Shown here piece after piece: positions 9,977-19,101 of a DNA stretch of 64,000 nt (the first letter of the stretch is position 1; each line of letters starts with the position of its first letter). Both the position numbers and the translations under genes were made by a program. Below the pieces are notes generated by a model. It did not search any database. It was not told where the DNA came from and was given only the letters and a program-made list of their open reading frames with translations. The stretch spans positions 212,609 through 276,608 of the forward strand of contig CAWFGE010000021.1 in assembly GCA_963815195.1 (NCBI GenBank). The letters are read 5' to 3'. Source of the stretch: an uncultured Planctomycetaceae bacterium (lineage in GTDB: Bacteria > Planctomycetota > Planctomycetia > Planctomycetales > Planctomycetaceae).

Positions 9977-11932
9977 ATGTCCGCCCCGCCTCCGGAGAAA
10001 CCCGCCCCGCCGCCCGGCAAACGCCCGCCTTCCCGCCGCGACAGCGGAGACGAAGCCCCGCGTCCCGGCTTTTCCAGCGGCTGGCTGATTGTGATCGTCC
10101 TTTTGGGTTTTCTGATGATCTATTTGTATCAGCAGAATCCCGAAAACTCGGGACGCACGGTGGCGTATTCGCTGTTCCTCGAACAGGTCGAAAAGAAAAA
10201 CGTCAGCGAGGTTACGTTTCACGGCGAGGTCCTCACCGGGAAATGGAAAAAACCGCCCCAGGATCCCGATGACACCAAGGAGCCCCTGCCGGACGACTTC
10301 AACACGGTCGTCCCCCCGCCGGCTCTGCAGGACTCCAAACTCAACACGAAACTCGAGGATGCGGGCGTCCAAATCGTCGCGAAGGCCACCGGCACGGGCA
10401 TGGGGACGCAACTTGTGTTCTGGATGCTCGGGCCGATCTTGCTGATCGGGTTTTTCTGGTTCATGATGCGCCGCTCGAGCGATCCGATGGGCGGCGGCAT
10501 GATGGGCAATTTCATCCGCAGCCAGGCCAAGCGGTTCCAAGCCTCCGACCAGCGGACCACCTTCGACGACGTGGCCGCGATGGAACAGGCCAAGATGGAG
10601 ATGCAGGAACTGGTCGAATACCTCAAAAGCCCCGCCAAGTTCCAACGCCTGGGGGCGACGATTCCCAAAGGCGTGCTCTTGATGGGGGCACCCGGCACCG
10701 GCAAAACTCTGATCGCGCGGGCCACGGCGGGCGAAGCCGGCGTGCCGTTTTATTCGATCAACGGTTCCGAGTTCATCCAGATGTTCGTCGGCGTGGGGGC
10801 GAGCCGGGTCCGCGATCTGTTCCGCACCGCCAAGGACAACGCGCCCTGCATCATCTTTATTGATGAGATCGACGCCGTCGGCCGGGTTCGCGGAGCGGGC
10901 GTCGGCGGCGGGCACGATGAACGCGAGCAAACGCTGAACCAGATCCTCAGCGAGATGGACGGTTTTACGCCCACGGAAGCTCTGATCGTGATGGCCGCCA
11001 CCAACCGCCCCGACGTGCTCGATCCCGCGCTTTTGCGGCCGGGCCGGTTCGATCGGCACATCACCATCGACCGCCCCACCAAAGCGGGCCGGCTCGGCAT
11101 CTTGAAAGTCCACTGCCGCAAAGTCCCGCTGGGCGAAGATGTGAACCTCGAAGAAATCGCCGCCGCCACGATCGGGTTCTCGGGGGCGGAACTTAAAAAC
11201 CTCGTGAACGAGGCGGCCCTAAACGCCGCCCGCAGTTCGCAAAGCGTGGTCAAGCGGGACGATTTCGATTATGCCCGCGACCGCGTGCTGATGGGGCCGC
11301 GCCGCGAGGAAATCCTCAACGCCCACGAACGCGAGATGACGGCTTACCACGAAGCCGGCCACGCTTTGTTGGGCTGGATCCTTCCCGAAGCCGATCCTGT
11401 GCACAAAGTCACGATCATTCCCCGCGGCCGGGCGCTGGGCGTCACGCAGTTCTTGCCGGACGACGACCGCTACAGCATCGGCGAACGCCGCTTGCAAACG
11501 CAGCTCATCGTTGCCCTGGGCGGCCGGGCCGCCGAGAAATTGGTGTTCGACGAATACACCGCCGGCGGCGAAGGCGACCTCAAACAAGTCACCCAAATCG
11601 CGCGCCGCATGGTCGCCAACTGGGGCATGAGCGACGTGATCGGACCCGTCGCATTCACGCAGTCGGAAGAGCATCCGTTCCTCGGCAAGGAAATCCACGA
11701 GCAGCGGACCTACAGCGATGAAACCGCCCGCATCATCGATCAGGAAGTGCAGCGGTTTCTCGTCGGGGCGTCCAACAAAGCCCAGCAAATCCTCAAAGAG
11801 CACCGCGACCAACTCGACGCCCTGGCCCACGCCCTCCAAGAACACGAAAGCGTGGATGCGAAAATGCTCCTGGACCTCATCGGCAAAGCCGGCCAATACA
11901 AACTCGAAGAAACCAACGGCAAACCCGCCTGA
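9977..11932 (+). CDS. ftsH: ATP-dependent zinc metalloprotease FtsH
   Basis: Two TM segments, Walker A GAPGTGKT, Walker [12 protein letters not shown] region [10 protein letters not shown] and HEAGH zinc motif. Confidence 0.97.
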   Translation: MSAPPPEKPAPPPGKRPPSRRDSGDEAPRPGFSSGWLIVIVLLGFLMIYLYQQNPENSGRTVAYSLFLEQVEKKNVSEVTFHGEVLTGKWKKPPQDPDDTKEPLPDDFNTVVPPPALQDSKLNTKLEDAGVQIVAKATGTGMGTQLVFWMLGPILLIGFFWFMMRRSSDPMGGGMMGNFIRSQAKRFQASDQRTTFDDVAAMEQAKMEMQELVEYLKSPAKFQRLGATIPKGVLLMGAPGTGKTLIARATAGEAGVPFYSINGSEFIQMFVGVGASRVRDLFRTAKDNAPCIIFIDEIDAVGRVRGAGVGGGHDEREQTLNQILSEMDGFTPTEALIVMAATNRPDVLDPALLRPGRFDRHITIDRPTKAGRLGILKVHCRKVPLGEDVNLEEIAAATIGFSGAELKNLVNEAALNAARSSQSVVKRDDFDYARDRVLMGPRREEILNAHEREMTAYHEAGHALLGWILPEADPVHKVTIIPRGRALGVTQFLPDDDRYSIGERRLQTQLIVALGGRAAEKLVFDEYTAGGEGDLKQVTQIARRMVANWGMSDVIGPVAFTQSEEHPFLGKEIHEQRTYSDETARIIDQEVQRFLVGASNKAQQILKEHRDQLDALAHALQEHESVDAKMLLDLIGKAGQYKLEETNGKPA

Positions 11933-12119
11933 GGGTTATTCGTCAGCGGTTTGGGAACGCACTCGTCGCCAGGGCTCTGGCTCCCGGCGATGCGCGCACT
12001 GCGAGTTTCCCGCGATCTTGGTGCGGCCCGTTTGCCGATGCGCTGGCCGGCGGTGGCGTTTGCCGGGGGTTTCTCCGGTCTGTCTATCCGCCGTCCCCCC
12101 GATTTCTCCAGGCACTTCG

Positions 12120-12262
12120 CTTTGCCATACTGATTTTAGAACGTGTTTGAAAATCTCAGCGGTAGGCGCTAGCCTCCGGCTTCGATGAAACTTTGCCATA
12201 CTGATTTTAGAACGTGTTTGAAAATCTCAGCGGTAGGCGCTAGCCTCCGGCTTCGATGAAAC
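12120..12262. repeat. 71-bp tandem duplication containing a REP arm
   Basis: ctttgccatac...gcggtaggcgctagcctccggcttcgatgaaa at 12120 and 12191. The core closely matches the reverse complement of the 34-bp unit at 1530-1665. Confidence 0.9.
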
Positions 12263-12304
12263 GAGATTCACAAAATCAAATCGCAATAGGGAAGGGAGTG
12301 CGTC

Positions 12305-12901
12305 ATGGGTCAGCAAGTTTGGAATGGGTGCGCGGTTTTATTGAGCGTTGTCGGACTGGCCGTCGGCGTTGCGGAAACGGAGCAAGCCCGTCAAGAAGTG
12401 CAAAAAGCCCAGGGAGCCCAGCCCAAAGCCGCGGTGGCGGTGCTCGCTCCCACGCAGGGGTCTTCAGCCGAGGGTTCGATCCTGCTCACCCAAGAGCAGG
12501 ACGGCGTCCGGCTCCAAGGCAGCGTGCGGCATCTGGCCCCCGGCGAGCACGGGTTCCACATCCACGAGTTCGGCGATCTCCGCGACCGGGCCGGCCAATC
12601 CGCGGGCGGGCACTACAGCCCCCAAGGCCATAAGCACGGCGGTCCCGAATCCGCCGAACATCACGCCGGCGACTTGGGCAACATCACCGCGAACAAGCAA
12701 GGCGTGGCCGAAGTGGACAAGCTTGCCAAAGGACTAAAGCTCCAGCGGATCGTCGGCCGCGCGATTGTCGTTCATGCCGGCCAGGACGACATGACGAGCC
12801 AGCCGTCCGGCAACGCGGGAGCGCGCGTGGCCGTCGGCGTGATCGGCATTGCGCAGCCGAAAGCCAAAACCGCCTCGCAGTCGCCCACGGCGAAGCCATA
12901 A
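12305..12901 (+). CDS. sodC: Cu/Zn superoxide dismutase, exported
   Basis: Signal peptide plus HGFHIHEFGD, SAGGHY, HAGDLGNI, GRAIVVHA and GNAGARVAVGVIG. Confidence 0.95.
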   Translation: MGQQVWNGCAVLLSVVGLAVGVAETEQARQEVQKAQGAQPKAAVAVLAPTQGSSAEGSILLTQEQDGVRLQGSVRHLAPGEHGFHIHEFGDLRDRAGQSAGGHYSPQGHKHGGPESAEHHAGDLGNITANKQGVAEVDKLAKGLKLQRIVGRAIVVHAGQDDMTSQPSGNAGARVAVGVIGIAQPKAKTASQSPTAKP

Positions 12902-12971
12902 CCATCATGGGGAACGAACCGCCGCGCGCACCATTTTTTGGGACTCTTTTTGAGGATGAAGAGACCGACCG

Positions 12972-13670
12972 ATGGAGTACCAACCAGAATCCGTCAGCAG
13001 TACCGGGTTGGAATTTCGCTGTCCCCATTGCAAGCGCATTGTGGAGGTGAACGAGCATCTTTTGGGGACGACGATCGATTGCCCCAACCCGGATTGCCGG
13101 CAGCCCTTTGTGGCGAAGGCTCCACTCGCGGAGCCCGTGCCGTCTTCCGAAAACTCCGCCGAGCCCCAGGCGGACTTTCACGTCGATGAGCTTTCGAAAG
13201 ACGACGAGGAAGTCTTGAAGTCCGTTCATCCGTCGATGTGGCGGCCGCACCCCCTGCGCTTCGCCGGCGTCTCGCTGCTGCTCGTCGCGGGGATTTCGTT
13301 TTCGATCATGGCGTACCTGCTGGAGGATTCGGCGTTCGGCCTCGACCTCGGCGTCCAAGGCATTCTGGGATTGATTTTCCTTGTTGGCAGCGGCGTGATG
13401 CTGTTGACCTGGTGGTTGTCCGCCCGGTGCACCACGCTGATCATCACCAACAAGCGCACCACCTACCGCGTGGGAATCCTCTCCCGTGAGGTCAGCGAGA
13501 TTCGCCACCAGGACGTGCGAAATCTGCAAATCGATCAAAACGCCTTTCAGCGGATTATGGCCGTCGGGGACATCGGCATTTCGAGTGCCGGCCAGGAAGA
13601 CATCGAGATCGAAGCCAAGAACATCCCGCATCCCAACAGCATTGCCGACACCATCCGCCAGTTGCAGTGA
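12972..13670 (+). CDS. bacterial PH (bPH_2) domain membrane protein with N-terminal zinc ribbon
   Basis: CPHC...CPNPDC, two TM helices, then ITNKR...GILSR...QRIMAVGDIGISSAG. Confidence 0.82.
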   Translation: MEYQPESVSSTGLEFRCPHCKRIVEVNEHLLGTTIDCPNPDCRQPFVAKAPLAEPVPSSENSAEPQADFHVDELSKDDEEVLKSVHPSMWRPHPLRFAGVSLLLVAGISFSIMAYLLEDSAFGLDLGVQGILGLIFLVGSGVMLLTWWLSARCTTLIITNKRTTYRVGILSREVSEIRHQDVRNLQIDQNAFQRIMAVGDIGISSAGQEDIEIEAKNIPHPNSIADTIRQLQ

Positions 13671-13674
13671 AGGA

Positions 13675-14049
13675 ATGAAAACCATGACAAACGTAGCGCT
13701 CCAAGGCCGCGAAATGCAGCTCCGCGCAATGCGCGACCGATTGCGTGCGGAAATCCAGGACCGCGTCGAGACGGTGCCCGAATATCTCCACGCCACGGGC
13801 GATGTGACGGATTTGCCCACCCATCGGGCCGATCACGATGCCGAGGGCATCGACCAGGAAATCGGCACGGGACGGGTGCAAACCCAGACGCTCGCGGACG
13901 TGGACGCGGCGCTCAAACGCATCGAAAACGGGACCTACGGCGAGTGCATCTCCTGCGGCGTTCCGATCGCCGAGGAACGGCTCGACGCGCTGCCCTTCAC
14001 GGCCCTGTGCATCGACTGCGAACACGAGCGGGAAACGTCCGAAACGTAA
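13675..14049 (+). CDS. TraR/DksA family C4 zinc-finger protein
   Basis: ALKRIENGTYGECISCGVPIAEERLDALPFTALCIDC. The start is at 13675 or 13684. Confidence 0.92.
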   Translation: MKTMTNVALQGREMQLRAMRDRLRAEIQDRVETVPEYLHATGDVTDLPTHRADHDAEGIDQEIGTGRVQTQTLADVDAALKRIENGTYGECISCGVPIAEERLDALPFTALCIDCEHERETSET

Positions 14050-14094
14050 ACACCGCTATGGAAGATCCACGCACCATTTCGCCACGCGCCCGCT

Positions 14095-14760
14095 TCATGC
14101 GTCATCCAATAACCGCTCGATCAACTCTGCGACCCCGGCTCCCCGCTCGCCTCGGGTGACTCGGTCGGCCTTGGCTTTCAGCGCGGGGAGGGCATTGCCG
14201 ACGGCGACTTTGTATCCGCACATCGCCAGCAACGCCTCATCGTTCTCCGCGTCCCCGACCGCCACGGTGTTACGCGCGGACAAACCGAGTTCCCGGAGGG
14301 CCGCCTCCAGACCGCTCGCTTTATCGATCCCCGCCGGCAAAACCATCACCGCACCTTTGTTGTAGATCATCGTCAGATCCAACCGCTGCTCGCGAAGCAC
14401 CTCTTGAACTTTCGCGGCATAGGGCGTCCAGGTGGCGACAATCACGCGGCCCGTTTCAAACGGAACCCCGCGGTCGCGAAGGGTTTTCACGAATTCCGGC
14501 GGAGGCGGGCCGGCAAGCATCTGTTCCTGCCCGCTGCCCGGCCGATACAGCAAACCCCCGTTCTCCGCCACCACGAGATGAAATACGTCGATCTGCGGGA
14601 AAACCTCCAACAAGGGATCCAATCGCCGGCCCGTCGCCAGGATCAAATGCCAGCCCGGAGAAGTCCGCAACCGCACGAGGCTTTCGACCGTGGCCTCATC
14701 GACTTGCCCGTCCGTTGCGAGCGTCCCATCATAATCCACCGCCAAAACCTGATACCGCAT
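14095..14760 (-). CDS. HAD-superfamily hydrolase (Cof/IIB-like)
   Basis: Motifs DYDGTL, ATGR, DKASGL and GDAEND. Confidence 0.92.
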   Translation of the reverse strand: MRYQVLAVDYDGTLATDGQVDEATVESLVRLRTSPGWHLILATGRRLDPLLEVFPQIDVFHLVVAENGGLLYRPGSGQEQMLAGPPPPEFVKTLRDRGVPFETGRVIVATWTPYAAKVQEVLREQRLDLTMIYNKGAVMVLPAGIDKASGLEAALRELGLSARNTVAVGDAENDEALLAMCGYKVAVGNALPALKAKADRVTRGERGAGVAELIERLLDDA

Positions 14761-14955
14761 CGCCCCACCTTTCGGAAGTTCCGTTCGTTCCTGGATGAAG
14801 AAATCTCTCAGACATTCCCTGATGTCATGGGATCATAAAACATCCGTGCGTGGTTTTCTCCGTCTTTCTCCGTGATCTCCGTTCCCCCGCGGTAAAACGT
14901 CTTCAGGAATAACCGCCCCTCATTGTGTGTGTTTTACAAAAGTCGTTAGGAACTT

Positions 14956-15033
14956 GGGTGGCACGCCCTGAGGAACGAAGGGCGCGGCCGAAGGGTCGCC
15001 ACGCCCTTCGCTACGCTCAGGGACGTGCCACCC
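14956..15033. repeat. REP-like palindrome (GGGTGGCACG...CGTGCCACCC)
   Basis: Long imperfect inverted repeat with GGGTG ends, in an intergenic region. Confidence 0.8.
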
Positions 15034-15246
15034 GATCCACTTGAAACTAGGGCGAAAGATGATCCACCGACTTTTGTGACGTACACGGCGCATGATCTTC
15101 CGCGGCGGATTGCGCTTCCCTTCCAGGCGGAGTCGTGGAAGAATGGACGGAATAACCGTTTTCCCGGATTCGTCGGCGATCGCTGGGGAAGCCCGGCACC
15201 GGCGGATGGGACGCGGCGATTTTTGATTAGACCTTAAGGACCTTCG

Positions 15247-16752
15247 ATGGCGGACTCTCCTTCTTCTTCGGATCTGTCTTTCGGGGATGCGACTCCGAAT
15301 AAGTCTGAGGGGACGTTATATTGTGCCGGCTGCAACGAACGGTTTTACGCCGTCCGCAAACCCGGGGTCTGTCCGCGGTGCGGGGCGGCGGTCACGTCGG
15401 TCTCCAGCACCTCGCTCGCCGAAACGCTGGTGCTCGCCGATTCCACCACCGGCGGCGAGTCCGCGCCCGTCCACGTCACCCAGCCGTCCACCCGGAAGTC
15501 GGCCCTGGAAGCCGCCCACGAAGATCCCCTCGTCGGCACGCGGCTGCACGTGTATCACTGCGAATCGCTGTTGGGCTGCGGCGGGATGGGCCGGGTGTAT
15601 CTGGCCCGGCACACCGATCTTGGCCGCAAGTGCGCCCTCAAGGTGCTCGCCCCGCGCGTGTCCTCGACCGATCAGGATTTCATCAACCGCTTCATGCAGG
15701 AAGGCCGGGCGACCGCGGCCCTCGTGCATCCCAACATCGTCACCATCCACGCCATCGGCGAAGCGGGCGGGCATCATTTCCTGGAGATGGAATTTATCCG
15801 CGGCAAAACCCTCCAGCAGCTTGTGGACAGCGAAGGCCGGTTGACGCCGCTCCGGGCCACGTCCCTCGCCACGCAGGTCGCCCAAGGTCTCGCCGCCGCC
15901 CATCGGGAAGGCATCATCCACCGCGATTTGAAGCTCGACAACGTGCTGCTCACCGAGCAAGGCGTCCCCAAGCTCGCGGACTTCGGCCTCGCCAAACGCG
16001 TGAGAAAAAGCGGCACCAAAGGCCGGGAGGAACTCGCCGGCACGCCCAACTACATGGCCCCGGAACTCTTCCACGGCCAGCCGGCGACCACGGCCAGCGA
16101 CGTGTACGCGCTGGGCGTCTCTTACTTCGTGATGCTCACCGGCCGCTTGCCCTTCGTGGGCAACTCGCTCAATGACTTGATGAAAATCGTCACCGAGGAT
16201 CCGCCCCCGAACATTCGCGGCGAGTTCCCCGACATCCCCTTGGAAATGGCCGAGTGCCTGGGAATCCTGCTCGCAAAAAGTCCCGCCAATCGCCCGCAGT
16301 CCGGCATCGAAGCCGCCCAACTTCTCCACGCGATCTGGGGACAAGTGCAGGACATCGAAACCCTCCTCAAAGAGGCCTTCCTCGATTATGGCGGCATTAC
16401 CTGGACCCGCGAAGCCGGCCGCTATCAAATCCAGCTCGAGTTCCCCGACGGCCGCCGTCAGTCGGTGTTCGTGGAAAACAGCGAGCACTCCACCACAGAG
16501 CGGCTGCTCCTCATTTACAGCCTCTGCTGCGAGGCCCAGTCGGAATATTACGAAGACGCCCTCCGCTTAAACGCGGTGATGGCCCACGGCGGCCTCGCCC
16601 TCCGCAACTTCGAGGGCCGGGACATGTTCTGCGTCATCGACACCTTCCCCCGCGCCTCCGTCGACGCCCTCGACGTCCGCCGCAGCGTCCTGGAAGTCGG
16701 CTACCGCGCGGACAGCGTCGAAAAACTCCTCACAGGCAAGGATGAGCACTAG
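15247..16752 (+). CDS. Ser/Thr protein kinase with N-terminal zinc ribbon and C-terminal YbjN/CesT-like domain
   Basis: LGCGGMGRVY, HRDLKLDN, DFG and GTPNYMAPE; N-terminal CAGC...CPRC. The C-terminal motifs GRRQSVFV...ALRLNA...GGLAL...ADSVEKLLTGKDEH give a less certain domain call. Confidence 0.9.
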   Translation: MADSPSSSDLSFGDATPNKSEGTLYCAGCNERFYAVRKPGVCPRCGAAVTSVSSTSLAETLVLADSTTGGESAPVHVTQPSTRKSALEAAHEDPLVGTRLHVYHCESLLGCGGMGRVYLARHTDLGRKCALKVLAPRVSSTDQDFINRFMQEGRATAALVHPNIVTIHAIGEAGGHHFLEMEFIRGKTLQQLVDSEGRLTPLRATSLATQVAQGLAAAHREGIIHRDLKLDNVLLTEQGVPKLADFGLAKRVRKSGTKGREELAGTPNYMAPELFHGQPATTASDVYALGVSYFVMLTGRLPFVGNSLNDLMKIVTEDPPPNIRGEFPDIPLEMAECLGILLAKSPANRPQSGIEAAQLLHAIWGQVQDIETLLKEAFLDYGGITWTREAGRYQIQLEFPDGRRQSVFVENSEHSTTERLLLIYSLCCEAQSEYYEDALRLNAVMAHGGLALRNFEGRDMFCVIDTFPRASVDALDVRRSVLEVGYRADSVEKLLTGKDEH

Positions 16753-16800
16753 AGCAGACCGGGGCATCCCCGTGTCTTATTCGCGCGCAAAAAGCAAGGG

Positions 16801-17091
16801 CGTGTACCGCCCAACCATACGTTCCTCATTCGATGATAGCAGCCAAGCCAAGTCCAAAATGGCAGACAACTGATGTCTTTTCAAGAGCCTTCCTCAATTC
16901 CCCCAATGAACCGAGTCCAAAATGGCAGGCAGGAGCCTGCCCTACACGAACTCAATTCCCCCAATGAACCGAGTCCAAAATGGCAGGCAGGAGCCTGCCC
17001 TACACGAACTGATGTCTTTTCGAGAGCCTTCCTCAATTCCCCCAATGAACCGAGTCCAAAATGGCAGGCAGGAGCCTGCCCTACACGAACT
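16801..17091. repeat. GTAG-type REP array (distal part of composite module A, internally expanded)
   Basis: Three copies of ctcaattcccccaatgaaccgagtccaaaatggcaggcaggagcctgccctacacgaact. The minus strand reads GTAG-GGCAGG-CT-CCTGCC. Confidence 0.88.
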
Positions 17092-17265
17092 AGGAATTTG
17101 CTATTGAGCGTAGCTGCGATTGGATTTGACGGGGCATCAATTTATGAGGCAGTCAGCAAGTATTTTTACGTGACAGTAAATCCGCCTATGCGGATAAACT
17201 TGCCGAATTGGATTCCTCAGCCACCACAATGAAAGTAGTATGAAACGGGGACAGGGCGAAATAAT

Positions 17266-17583
17266 ATGCTGCGCGAATTAAACTTCGTTGGCAAGCTCGT
17301 CTACGGAACCACCTGGATCTTATGCTCCAGTATCTGGTTTGCATCGTTATTCACCAATACTGCGAGCAAGCCATTTACTTTATTAGGGATTTTCATGCTA
17401 ATTGCAGCGCTGATTAGCCTTGTTTTTTTTCTTATGATCTTTCTAAACAAAACGGCGAGAGACATCTTTGTTCGAGAGGAAGTGCTGCCAAACACCATTT
17501 TTGTTAAGATGCTTTTGCCTACATCGGCACATCTCGCGATCGCCCTCCTTATTACATTTATCTTTCTTCAAACCGACCTATAG
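17266..17583 (+). CDS. small AT-rich membrane protein, hypothetical
   Basis: 105 aa with three hydrophobic helices and a purine-rich upstream segment; visibly lower GC than its neighbours. Confidence 0.7.
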   Translation: MLRELNFVGKLVYGTTWILCSSIWFASLFTNTASKPFTLLGIFMLIAALISLVFFLMIFLNKTARDIFVREEVLPNTIFVKMLLPTSAHLAIALLITFIFLQTDL

Positions 17584-17851
17584 TAAGATAGCCGAGTAGG
17601 GTCCGCTGTGCGGACCGTTCGGATTGATTGCCGTATGACAGCGGCTGGGTGGCACTGTCAGCCCGGGTTATTGTTGAGAGTCTTTCGGCGGGTGGCTGGG
17701 GTCAGTTTGGCGGGAATTGCCTGGAATCAAAAGAACGTTGAATCGACAAACTGCCCCCAGCGATGCGCGTATTGGCTCGTCTGGGGGCAGGCTGCCGATA
17801 CCGTTGCCTTCTGATTCAATACCCGTTCCGGCAGCCTGACCCCAGCCACCC

Positions 17852-18180
17852 CGGCGGGGTGGCACTGTCAGCGGGGGTTGTTGCTAACAGTCTTTCGGGT
17901 GCCACTGGCAACTTGTTGCCAGTGCTTTCCAGCAGCATGGAATCGGGGGGCGTTTCAAAACTCGATTGGTTCATCCGATTCACACTGGCAGGCAAGCTGC
18001 CAGTGGCACCCGGCGTGCACCGCCCAACCATACGTTCCTCATTCGATGATAGCAGCCAAGCCAAGTCCAAAATGGCAGGCAGGAGCCTGCCCTACTACTG
18101 AGGTCTTTTCAAGAGCCTTCCTCAATTCCCCCAATGAACCGAGTCCAAAATGGCAGGCAGGAGCCTGCCCTAGACGAACT
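17852..18180 (+). repeat. composite REP module A
   Basis: 113-bp block X (17852-17964) opening a GGGTGCCACTGGC...GCCAGTGGCACCC pair, then GTAG REPs. A near-identical inverted copy at 38843-38987 plus 40614-40786 is split by IS3. Confidence 0.88.
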
Positions 18181-18490
18181 CCAAAAATCTGGCCGGTTGC
18201 AAGATGGCGATCCCCTGATAGGGATACACGGCCAAGAGGTGCTGATTGCATCCGCTTGGGTAGGGCACTTCAGCCAACCCGGAACGGACGATTTGGAACT
18301 TTTCCTAAGAAAAAGGACTTTTCTGCGTAGAATCGCCGACCGGATGGGGACTATAGGGTAGGAAAGTCCAAGAGACCCCATGGCCAACCGCTGCCTCACT
18401 GCCGGAAGTTTTGTCGTTGCAGGGTTTTATAGCCAAGCAGGATCTCGCAACTTTGCCAAATCCGAAAAGTCCTGTTCTGGGAGAGTGCCC

Positions 18491-19087
18491 GTGAACTCTG
18501 TGCAGTCCAACATCGACAGCCTAATTGTGCGAGCCCGGTGTGGCGACGCCGAGGCCCTGGGTGAACTGCTGGAGCGGCACCGGGGATACCTCAAGGTACT
18601 CGCGCAGCGGATGCTGGATGGCCGGATGCGGGCCCGGCTGGATGCCTCCGACTTGGTGCAGCGAACCTGCCTCTCAGTTCATCGAGCGATCAGCGAGTTT
18701 CGCGGTGAGACGACCGCCGAGTTCCTCACCTGGTTGCAACAGGTTCACGCGGGAAACGTCCAGAACGCTCTGCGGGAGCATTTGGCCCAGCGACGCGACG
18801 TCGCCCGCGAGCAATTTACCACCCCGGAGCAAATCGCCGCGCTCGTTGCCGACGTGACGCAGTCCACACCGAGCCAGCGCATTCTTCGCGATGAGCGGGC
18901 CGTCGAACTGACCGCCGCCTTCGAGGAACTTCCCGACGACCAGCGGGAGGCCGTGCGACTGAGGTATTTGGAGGGGTGGTCCCTTCAGGAAGTCGGGCAG
19001 GCAATGCAGCGTTCGGATAAGGCTGCTGCGGCCCTGATCCTCCGCGGACTGAATGCCCTCCGTCGAATCCTTCGAGAACAACCCTAA
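18491..19087 (+). CDS. ECF sigma-70 factor, planctomycete kinase-associated type
   Basis: ARCGDAEALGELLERHRGYL...LDASDLVQ...FLTWL...TPSQ...LPDDQREAVRLRYLEG; immediately followed by a Ser/Thr kinase. Confidence 0.93.
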   Translation: MNSVQSNIDSLIVRARCGDAEALGELLERHRGYLKVLAQRMLDGRMRARLDASDLVQRTCLSVHRAISEFRGETTAEFLTWLQQVHAGNVQNALREHLAQRRDVAREQFTTPEQIAALVADVTQSTPSQRILRDERAVELTAAFEELPDDQREAVRLRYLEGWSLQEVGQAMQRSDKAAAALILRGLNALRRILREQP

Positions 19088-19101
19088 GTGGGAGTGCCCC
19101 C

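Noticed and set aside
16801..17091. Possible CRISPR array
   Set aside because: The units are adjacent or separated by repeated (not unique) sequence, have a GTAG-hairpin REP structure, recur elsewhere, and no cas genes are present.
16873..18330. ORFs 16873..17232, 17763..18101, 17878..18330 (and 22126..22524, 41632..41862)
   Set aside because: Mostly translations of REP modules; identical peptides recur wherever the repeat occurs.
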